A stretch of DNA of 64,000 nucleotides from contig MNCI01001077.1 of NCBI GenBank assembly GCA_015680685.1, positions 253,627-317,626 of the forward strand, in the 5' to 3' direction. The DNA comes from Gnetum montanum (taxonomy: Eukaryota; Plantae; Gnetophyta). Below, one piece after another: positions 12,108 to 22,597 of this stretch. The notes under the pieces were generated by a model that was not told the DNA's origin, searched no databases, and saw only the letters and a list, made by a program, of their open reading frames with translations. How positions within the stretch are numbered: the first letter of the stretch is position 1; the number at the start of each line of letters is the position of its first letter. Both the position numbers and the translations under genes were made by a program.

Positions 12108-15100
12108 TCATGGGTTCTCTTCACCCATATCATCATCACTTGCATCGTTTACTCTTGCATCATTCCCTTCTGCATCACCTTCCTCTGCATTACCCTCTTT
12201 TGCCTCTTCATTTCCACCCTCTACGGGCCCTACATCTACATATGCAACCTGCATTGTAAAAGTGAAGTAGTTAGCTAGAGAAACACATGAAAGCTAGAAT
12301 AGAGCATAAGCCTTTTCCATAGCAAAAAGTGACTAACCCGAGATGTCCCTATCTCTTCTTTGAAGGGTATGCAATCCAAACCAAGCTTGAGGTGGTGCTA
12401 GACCTCCTCCTCCATGATATTTTCCCAATGCCTATTACTTGGTTTAGCATCTGTAGTAATTTTTTCCTTTTTGACAGTTGTCCATATCGGTAGTCCCGGA
12501 GAAAAGGAGGTAGTAGCGGTCTCACCTGTGGGAAGATACACTTCCCGTTCAAGAGATTTAGTGACCTTTACCTACTCCATGAACTTGTTTTAAGCCTCAA
12601 AAGTGCCAATGGAATTTACAAATGCTTCATAGGTAAATGCCTTCACTAAAGCATCCCTGTATAGTTTTAGGTAGGTGGAACGTTCTAGTTTATATATGTG
12701 TTTATGATTTTTCTAGGACTACCCCCACTTGTGAACTTTGGTGTTATAGTCTTTTTAGTCCTGGTTCATCTTAGTTAACAAGTCCATCTACATCCACTAT
12801 TCTATTATCTCCCGGGTGGCCTCATTGTTACACCGCACTACTGTCCAGTATCTAGCATAATCTATGATAGCCATGTGCCAACTACCAATATTGGTATCAT
12901 GAGCCAAGACAAACTCACACCTAGATTAGAGATCTCCCATTTTGGTGCTCATTTTAGCCTTCTCTTTCTCAACCTTCTAGATGCATTTCCACAACTCCTC
13001 ATTGATGTGCCTACACTCCCACAAGGAGCGTGCCAAGTGCAAAGCACATTTGATAGCCTCGTTGTATATGCAAAGAGGTACCTCAGCCACTTTGGGTAGG
13101 AATGTAGGCATGACGCCAACTTTCAACTCTCGTGTTGGGTCCCACTTGAGTCGAGAGGCTGTGACCACACAAAGAGCGCATCAATCACATTAGTGTAGCA
13201 ATGTTAGCAAACTTAAGAACTCTAGCATAGCAACATAAAAGATCCTAGCATAGCTACTTTACTTACCCACTTCATGATCAACTTGTCTGAGATAGTCGAT
13301 CATGTCGTTGATGAACCCTTGCATGACCCATGGTTCCAGGCAAATCAGAGGGGGTCCTACAGCATTAACAGTGGTGTATATCATGCAAAAAATGCATCAG
13401 TAATGATTGAGGTGAACTATGATAAGGCTGTGAGTAAAGCAAACAATAGTGTGAGGGCTCCTACCTAGTAAACCCTCGATGGTGATAATGGGGGGATCCA
13501 TCAACACATCATCAAATATATTGTCAAACTCACCAGCATATAATTATATTTCACCTCCTTTCCAACTCAAAACTATGGCAGCATCCTTAGCATTTTTTCA
13601 TTCCCCCGATGTGGAACTGAATTTGGCAAAGGGATCTCTAGCAGAAGTCCCTTCTAGGTTGATGCAGGATTGCTCTTTATTCACTGGGACCTTTTCTTTT
13701 GAGGCACTAGCATCCTCCTCATCCCTAGGAGACTCCTTTTTATCTCCAAAAATTTCCTCCTTGTTAGTAGGAGGATTTACCTTGATGATAAGAGCCCCTT
13801 CCCTAGTGACAGGAGCTCCTTCCTTCTTAACTAGGGTCCTTTCCTCTATGACTAGGCACCACACATCTTTATTTTCTGTCCCCATTTTAGGAGCTAACAC
13901 CTCTTCATCATCATCTTCTTCTTCTTCCTCTTATTTTGGTAGCAAAAAACATATTCACGTTATAGCTTAAATCACATTAGCTTAAAATAGGTGCTATGCT
14001 ATCTAGCATAGCATGGCATAGAAGGCATTGATCAAAATAGATGAAGAAATAAACATAAGCAAAAGCATTTACCAATGGGGGGTTATGTCCTGCATAGCTT
14101 AAACTACAATGTCCACCCCTCTTCTTCTTCTATATGGAGGGTCTCCTCAGGTAGACGAGGCCTCTTTCATTCCAACTTAGTGGCCACTATCTTAGTGATG
14201 AGAGGTTTCCCCTGTAATACGCTACCTGTAGTAGTAGGGGGTGCCTCTCCCACGCTGTCTTGGCCATGAACATTGTTGTCCACCCGATCCTTAGTCATCA
14301 TAGAAAATGACTCCCTAATAGCTTTTGTAGGATCTTGGACTTGGGTGGTCCAGAGGATTTGGCAGATCCATAGTTTGGAAATTTGGTTGCGATCTCACAT
14401 AACACAAACTTCATTCTCATGGACTATCAAAAAATCCACAAAACATCCCAAGTAGGCTATGTGAAAGGCATGGTGCATGTTGAAATGGGACTCCTGCTTA
14501 TTATGAAGTGTGACAATTTCAGTTTGCAGGCCCTTGCATAGATTCATAGCCTACTTGTAGCGAGCCCTCTCTTCCATGACCTCCTGGATCACCCAAGCTT
14601 GCTCAATCCCAATGATCTTTCCTTGGGAAAGTAGTTGGGGGAAAGCATGGGCACAAAAGATGAAATAAACCTCTTTGGTGGCTCTTGGCCTAACCTTCTT
14701 TATGGGGATTCCCTTTCACTCTTTTGCAACCCCTAGCCACTCCTCAATGTCCTCCTTTTGATGGTTCACCTCTTTCTTGGTCTTTGAACCTATAGGCAGA
14801 GCATCAGTAGGGACACTAAAAAGATTCACAAATAGCTGATCATTGATTTCAAGGACCACCCACACACCATGTACATGTGTGTGGAAGTAGTATGCCTTTT
14901 TGAAAAAGGAGTCCACTAGGGTGAGCATCTCAGCAGAAGGGATGCTTGGATTCAGAAATAGAAACAAATCCATGACCCCAACATCTTGAAGGTTCTTGAT
15001 CAAGGATTCTGAGGCTGTGCCGCATATCCACTATTAGCTCTCATCTACCTCCCCATACTTGAAGTAGATGTTGGCCTCCTGGTTCTTAGAGGTAATCACC

Positions 15101-16736
15101 ATCAACTCCTGGGACTTCTTCGCCCCTACAATAGTTTGCATAGAAGCCCAAAAATACAAGAAAGTAAAAAATAAAGTTAGGAAAAGCATAACTAGCAGAA
15201 AAAATAGGAATGACACTAGAACATGCAGTAACTTACTATTTAGCTTACTAGGTTTAAACGGTGACTGGAATGGTGGAAGATCAACCAAGACATCTTCAAT
15301 GACAATGAATTTAAAGGGTGTGCATCCTTCATCCAACCAACTGGACTTCTTGCATTTGTTATAGAGTTTTGGATACCAGGTTGGGTAGGTTTTGTACTCA
15401 CCCCTACATTAGTCTATCACACCTACGCACATATTCTTAGCAAAAGAAAACTCCTGTGGTTCCATCTATGCTAAGGTCAACACATCCGTATTGTCGTGAA
15501 GCCCATCCTCATTGATAAAAAACCTAGTAACAAAAACACTGTTAACATTTGGCTAGTGTAGAAAACATTGCATGGCATAGCAAAACATGGCTACAAAACT
15601 CACCCGCCAGCACTATAGAACATTCTTGGTGGGTTTTGAAAGCATGTTCCCACGTGACATGCAATAAACAAAGTGTTGTACGGATGGTAGCAATTATACT
15701 CGAAAATCTCCCTGATCCAGGCCAAATGCCTCAAATTTCTAGGGCATTGACTAGATCCTTCTCCCTGCCCACTGCTAATCGTTCCATTTTTTAAAAATCT
15801 TAGAATACCCCAATTTTCCCTAGGCAATAGGGTTTTTGTTATGGTGGCTACTACCTCCTTTGCCAGGTGTGACCAAACGATCACACTGAAGCATTGGAAG
15901 AGAAATTGTAGGAACACCTACGCTCCCTCCTAGAACCAAACCACCTATTGCCCCACACGTGTATTAGGTAGAGGAACATTGGCCACTAGTTCACTCACAC
16001 AACATAGGACCCCTATGATTTTTTGGACGATTAAGATTGGCCTTAGCACCACCTTGCACAACATGATAGAAAATGTTAATAGTGTGTTCTAGTGAAGTTC
16101 AAATAGAGCGTAGCAAAATTAGCATTTGGAAGATAGCGTAGCACAGTTCTCACATAGTGTAGCAAAAATACGAAGGAAATAGCATAGAGAAATTAGCTTA
16201 GAATAGCAACAAAGTGATTAGCCCTAATAAAGAGATTAACATCATGCTATGACAGAACACGTGTTACATTGTCACATCATGCAGATGGCCAAACCCTCCT
16301 GAGGATCCTACGCTACGCTGTTTGCATGCCAAGTGAATCAAATCATCCAAGCCTCTGCAATAATGACTACCGCAGTGATGGCAATCTCGATGACCTTGCA
16401 TACAACTTTAGCATAGTTTCTATACATCTGCCATAGTCAAAACGATGATAGAAATGGTATAAGGGACAAAACAATGACAACACAATGACAGAGAAAACAT
16501 AGATAGGTAAACAAAATCATAGAAATAAAAATAAGAAAAACAAAAACAATAACAGAGGCATAAGAAAATAGAGGAAGCATAGTAGCCTACCAAGTCAAAG
16601 GTGTCTCCTCTTGCACCATGAAACGTGCCTGCGACACACACCCTAGGATTTCCTTCACCTTGTCGACCTTTGCAAGTGCCAGGTATTTACATTCTTTCCT
16701 AAGAGCCATTGTCTTGCTTGCTGACTCTTTCTTCAT
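12108..16736 (-). pseudogene. Element A antisense multi-exon accessory gene in the protease-RT spacer (decayed)
   Basis: ORF pieces 15600-15917, 15034-15336, 14716-15003, 13598-13900, 12977-13168 and 12349-12552 are joined by GT..AG introns at 16428-16590, 15524-15603, 15126-15236, ~13930-14072, 13159-13266 and 12249-12337. Acidic last exon ends ...DDDMGEENP* at 12108. Homologous in C and D. Confidence 0.8.
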
Positions 16737-16863
16737 TACTATGTCGAATCGCCTTGCTCTCTATTGGCACAATTTCTCTATGTTTCGAATGTGTGATTTG
16801 CGCTCTAAATGTGGACTCTGCATTATTATGGTGAAAATGACAAGTTTACTAGGGGTTAATCCC

Positions 16864-16871
16864 TATTTATA
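16864..16871 (-). promoter_or_regulatory. Candidate TATA box of the antisense gene
   Basis: GCTATAAATAGGG on the minus strand ~130 nt upstream of ATG 16736; C has CCATAAATAGGG at 46510-46521. Confidence 0.55.
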
Positions 16872-17049
16872 GCTGCAATGTTGAAAAGGAAACTTTTCAT
16901 TCGCTCTCCCCATTTAATGTGGAGTATTCTATGCAGCGTAGCATGCCCGCCACAACATGGTAGCACTATTCACATTAAGATAGGTGGCCCTGGGTGAAAA
17001 GCCTTGACACACTTCAAACTAGTCATTTTCCTTCAAAAGAACATCTCAT

Positions 17050-17432
17050 TAGCTATCCAAAAAGACCTTAAACTAGCAATCCTAATGCATAGTTTCAATC
17101 TAATTAGTGGTCCACAAAGACCTTAAACTAGCATTTTTGATCCTTTTACTTGTTGGTAGTCCTCAATGACATTAAACTAACAATTTCACATTTTTACATA
17201 AATAGTTTTCCATTCTTTATGCTAGCAGTTTTGTATATCTATTTCTAGGTGGTCCGCAAAGACCTTAAACTAGCACCTTCAAAAGTTTCACATTATGGTG
17301 GTCTGCAACAACCTTAAACTAATACTCTACCTATTGGAAATCCTCAAAGATGTTAAACTAGCAGTGTTTACATTTTTACACTAGCAATTTTGCATTTTTA
17401 CATCCAAGCTGTCCACCAAAACATTAAACTTG
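17050..17432 (+). repeat. Array 2 of hairpin motif GGTC-N6-GACC-TTAAACTAGCA with variable spacers, upstream of RT (~7 units)
   Basis: gaccttaaactagca-type cores at ~17064, 17119, 17168, 17261, 17310, 17350 and 17420. Confidence 0.8.
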
Positions 17433-17577
17433 ATAATCCTAAGCTTTCTATCATACTTTCCATTTATTTCAATTACTCACATTTCATTGCTACTTTGCAA
17501 ATTTTCACTATGCATATTTACTACAAATAGGTACCTCTTAACTAGACTCTCATTTCATTTTGGCAAGTTGAGCAAGG

Positions 17578-20500
17578 ATGGAAATCCATCATGATCTCTC
17601 TTCACCTTTAGCTTTAGCAAGTCGACATGGCAAAATCGCAAGAAAACTGAAGGCTGGTTAAAATCCATCATGATCTCTCTTCACCTTTAGCTTTAGCAAG
17701 TCGACATGGCAAAATCACAAGAAAACTGAAGGCTGGTTAAAATCCATCATGATCTCTCTTCACCTTTAGCTTTAGCAAAACATCATCTTAGACCCACACA
17801 TGAAAGTAGTTAAGCAGAAGGCTTGCAAAGTTAAACCAAAGATTGCACTAGCCGTACGAGATGAAATCACCAAGCTATACTAGGCTGGTTTCATCCAAGT
17901 AGTTGATTACTCGGAATGGATGTTTAACATCATTGTAGTTTCTAAGAAAATAGGAGGAATACGAATCTATATATAATTTCGGGATCTAAACAAGGCGATG
18001 ATCAAAGAAGATTTCCCACTTCCGAGTATCAATCAACTCATTGACACTAAAGCTAGTCATGCTCTATTATCCTTCATGGATGGTTTCTCCTATTACAACC
18101 AAATTCACATTAACCTAGAGCATCAGTTAACAACAATCTTCATGACCCCATGGGGTACCTTTTGTTACACTATGATGCATTTTGGGCTCAAGAACGCTGG
18201 ATCAACCTACGAGCAAGTCATGACTTATATCTTTAGGGATTACATCTTAGAAATGCTGAACGACTATGTGGATGACATAGTGGTGAAATCTAAGGAAGCC
18301 GTTGATCACCCCAACGATCTTGGAGTAGTCCTCAAGTGTTTTCAGATGCACAATTTATTCCTCAATCATAAAAATTATGTCTTTGGGGTGAGAACCAGAT
18401 GCATGTTAGGGTTTATAGTATCAGAGGTTCGAATACGAGTGGACCTTGAAAAATTCAAGGCCATCGTTAACCTGGCACCATCTACAAATCTTAAGGAATT
18501 GCATGGGTTACAAGGTAGAGTATAGTTCATCAGAAAGTTTATAGCAAAATTGACTGATAAGTTCCATCCCATGCAACATCTACTGAAGAAAGGGGTTAAC
18601 TTTGAATGGACACCACAATGTCATCAAGCCTTTGATGATTTGAAGAAATATCTTTTGCACCTCCCAACTATTTATCTACCATAGAGGGATAAGCCTTTCT
18701 TCATCCACCTTACCACCTCAGACACGTCTATCACGGTACTATTCTGTTAGAAATAGAATGATAGTTCTAAGATACCAGTATACTACCTAAGTCATGCACT
18801 AATAGTGTATGAGGTGAAATACAAAAAGGTGGAAAGAAACCACCTTGCCTTAGTTTTTGCATTGAACAAGTGGAGGCACTATCTTTTTCTTAGCAAGAGA
18901 AACATACTCCGGGCTATCACAAATAGTCTATATGAAAGCAATAGGAGAGCCCAATGGAAGGCAATAATAGCGGAATTTGATTTGCCTTATGTGAGCCAAT
19001 CATGGATGAAAGATCAAGCCATAGCAACGTAACTTACGACCTCACCCATCGACAACTAAGCAATCATTAACTCTGAATTCCTAGACGAGCATGTTAGCAC
19101 TATCAACACCATCCCATCACATCTTGAAGCTACTTTGCATTTTGACGGCACCTCGACCATGCAAGGGGGTAGTGCAGCTACATTCATCACATTCCCCTCT
19201 ATTGAAATGCATTCTTTTGTTTATCATTTTTCATTCCCTTGTACAAAAAATATGGCAAAGTACGAGGGGTTACTTAGGGGCCTCTTAGCAGCCCAAGCAT
19301 TAAGCATACAACACCTGGCAATTTGCAGAGATTCACAACTAGTTGTGAATAAAATCATCGAGGTCTATTCCTACAAGGCTACATACCTACAACCCTACTA
19401 CAACTTAGTGAAAAGCCTACTCAAATAGTTTGCAACAACGTACGTGCAACACGTGCCACACAATGGAAAAACCATAGTAGATGCCTTGGCTACCTTAGTG
19501 TTAAATATTCCATCACACTTGTTTGCAAGTTTACCAATGTCGATTACCAAGTGTATGGAGCCTATCACTCAGGCGGGACATGTAGCCTCTACTAGCGCTG
19601 TAGATGCCTAGGAGTAATACACCAACATTAAAGCCTACCTACAACATGATGAGCCCCCAAGTAGATTGACATCTACCCAGGGAGATGCAATTTGTAAGCA
19701 TGCTCGGCAATATGTGCTCATGGGAGACAATGCCCTATGCAAACGCTCCTATGATGGGATATTTTTAGCATGCGTAAATGAGGAGCAAGCGCAGAAGGTG
19801 ATTAATGAAGTAAACAAGGGACTATGTGGTGGACACATAGCACCTAGGGCTATTGCCACAAAAATTAGATGTCCAAGGTATTACTGGCCTCACATGGAGC
19901 ATGATTACCTGGCCAAATTCAAGATGTGTGATACATGCCAACAATACACAAATCTCATACACGTTTTACCTATAGAGCTGCATCCAACACAGGTCATGTG
20001 GCCTTTCCAATGATGGGGACTAGACCTCATAGGACCTATCACTCCTAAGTCCTCCGTAGGGCATAGCTTCATCATCACTGCCACTGAGTATTTTACTAAG
20101 TGGGTGGAGGCTATCCTCCTAAGGAATACTACATCTCAACAAGTTTTCCACTTCATCTTGGATAACATCGTGACAAGGTTTGGGCTTCCCATAACTATTG
20201 TGACTGAAAATAGGCCATAATTCAGTAGTGTGGAAACCCAAATCTTTTGTGGAAATCTTGGCATCAGAGAATTGTTCTCCTCACCATATTACCCATAGGC
20301 AAATGAACAAGCAAAGGCTCTAAATAAGTCCATCATCAACTTGCTAAAAAAATGCTTAACAATAGCAAGAGGCGATGGCATGAGCAAATCCTCTATGTGT
20401 TGTGGGATTATAGGATGACATGTAGGGCTACGATAGGTAAGACACCATATAGTCTTGTTTATGGATTTGAAGTGGTGTTACCTCTTGTGTTGCAAGTGCC

Positions 20501-20855
20501 ATCACTTCAGATGATTCTATCAAGTGTCATGAGCGAAGCCCAAAACAACGAGTCGAGGATCATCGACCTCGACTCAATAGAGGAGGAGTGTGCATAAACA
20601 CTAGGTTTCATAGAGCATTATCAGAATAAAAAATGGCAAAAACATCATGCAAATATACATCAATGGACAATACATAAAGGAGACCTCATTCTCAAGGTTG
20701 TCCGTTAGCACATGAAAAATTTCTCAGCAAACTGAGAAGGTCCATACATGATCACACAAGCCTTTGGGAATGGGGCCTTCAAGCTGGTAGACATGGATGA
20801 CAATGAGTTTGCAAATCTAGTGAATCACTCAAAACTCAAACCATACTACATCTAA
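17578..20855 (+). pseudogene. Element A RT-RNase H-archaeal RNase H-integrase ORF (decayed)
   Basis: FPLPSINQL, SFMDGFS, YVDDIVVKS (RT); YYLSHAL and AEFDL (RH); HFDGTS...CTKNMAKYEGL (aRH, 19135); GLCGGH, WGLDLIGP, GPY and KLKPYYI* at 20855 (INT). Confidence 0.92.
17582..17778 (+). repeat. 79-bp tandem repeat (2.5 copies) at a deletion junction
   Basis: aaatccatcatgatctc... starts at 17582, 17661 and 17740; copies are nearly identical. Confidence 0.9.
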
Positions 20856-20872
20856 ACCATGAACATGGTAAG

Positions 20873-21230
20873 CTCGTCCACTACAATGTAAAACTGGAAA
20901 ACAAACGTCCACTATGATGTAAAAATGGTAAAGTAGTCTGCTATGACTATAAACTAGCACAGACAATCTGCTATGAATATAAAATAGCACATACTGTCTA
21001 CCATGACTATAAAATGGCACAAACTATCTACCATAACATAAAAATGGCAAAGCATAGTCTTCTAGGACCTTAAACTAGATCATCCAATGTCAGCTATGAT
21101 GATAAACTAGGACAATGGTCTGCTGGGATCTTAAACTAGTGCAACGGTCTTCTAGGATATTAAACTAGTACACCATGGTATACTGACACCTTAAACTAGC
21201 ACATCATGGTCTACCAGGACCTTAAAATGG
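20873..21230 (+). repeat. Array 3 of ~30-nt hairpin/pseudoknot motif right after the integrase stop (~12 units)
   Basis: Units such as agtc-tgctat-gact-ataaa-ctagca (20935-20959) and ggtc-taccag-gacc-ttaaa. Confidence 0.85.
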
Positions 21231-22584
21231 GTTTGCAGCATGTCCCTGGGATGCATCTATGCCAGTATACAACTAGTGAGCATACATAGTGCTGACACGG
21301 GGTGGGATGTTGCAAGTCTAGAATGTAGTTCACGATGCCAAGAAAACACCCTCTAGAACCTATGTAATGCCACTACTCTTGACATCTTGCTAATTCTCTA
21401 GATATTTCATATGACATCTTGCTAACCCTCTGGACCTACTACTGCCATGGCTCATTACCCTAGTAGTAGCTTCCCTAGTTAGCACCTGCTATTAGAGTTC
21501 TAGCAGTATTGTGGCCTAGCCGTGATATTATTATCCTCCATCCCTTGCCAGCACTTGAGCTTAAGAGATGTTTAGCTACTGGGTACCCCCATCACACAGC
21601 TAAACTGATAATGCTTTCCTTAGGCAGGGATTCCTGAGCATCTGCATTCACAGTAACTCCTAGCTTTCTCGATGCCATCTACTCCACACTGATGTTGCCA
21701 AGGTCACTACTAGCCTTCCCAGTTTGGATGTCACATGCCTCAGCAACAAAGTCCAAAGCTCCAACAGCATCCACATTAAGCAAGACCTTTGCCTTAATTT
21801 TGCATCATGGTTGTTTCTCCTAGTTTTCTTTTCGTTACGTTTGCAGGGTGTATACCAGAGGGGCATCGGTTAGAGGTGTGTTTCGTTATGGCGGTAGGAC
21901 ACTACATCACTACAAGGTGTTCATCTTGATTAGCTTGGCTACTTCGGAGTGCACATCCTATCCTCCCCTTTAAGCTCCTTTACCTTGTTCCTTGAACCTA
22001 CAATTCCACTCTCTCTCCCCTCATTTACAATCTGTTCCCAACATCTATCAAGCCCTTCCATATGCTCAACCACAAACTCCATGATGCGCGTAAAACAACT
22101 CATTGTATGGGAAGCATCAATAGGAAAGTTAAAGCCCCATGTGGATGTAACACAACTCATCCTAGGAAAGAAACACTTTTCCTACAACAAGGTTGTATGC
22201 AAATGTAAATGACAAAATAGCAAAAGGAAAAACCGTAAGAGAGAAAAAATTCACATGTACGAAAAAATGGGTTGTTTTGCAGTAACCCTCTCTAAGAATT
22301 TTGATGAGAGGTTGAAGGTTAGCAAAAGCAAAGATGACCATGCAAACAACTCCCTCACAAGCACTCCAACGGGGGATTCTGCTAAGTTTCATATTTACCA
22401 TTTTCGTGAACCTCCTTCCCTCCCTGCTTAGCCATTCCTTTTTCCTGCATAACCAATGCAACACTCTCAAGCATAGTTGAGTTGACATCTTGGTGATCAC
22501 CGAAGAGTAATTTTAGCATTTTATCTTTTGTGGTGTTTCATATTCTTTGTTGGCATCTCTCGGGTCCATCCTCCAGACGTCGAC

Positions 22585-22597
22585 AAAGAGGAGCCAA
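22585..22597 (+). other. Polypurine tract of element A
   Basis: AAAGAGGAGCCAA directly before TGAAACACCC; C has the equivalent AAAGATGGGCCAA. Confidence 0.75.

Noticed and set aside
13479-13970. Ser-rich plus-strand ORF (and 49383-49736 on the minus strand)
   Set aside because: Shadow frames of the acidic exon of the antisense gene.
12108-16736. Recently captured host gene or nested DNA transposon
   Set aside because: Same position in A, C and divergent D, no TIR or TSD, and no host protein I recognise; an ancient capture cannot be excluded.
17050-17432. True CRISPR array
   Set aside because: Eukaryotic retrotransposon context, irregular spacers, degenerate repeats and no cas genes.
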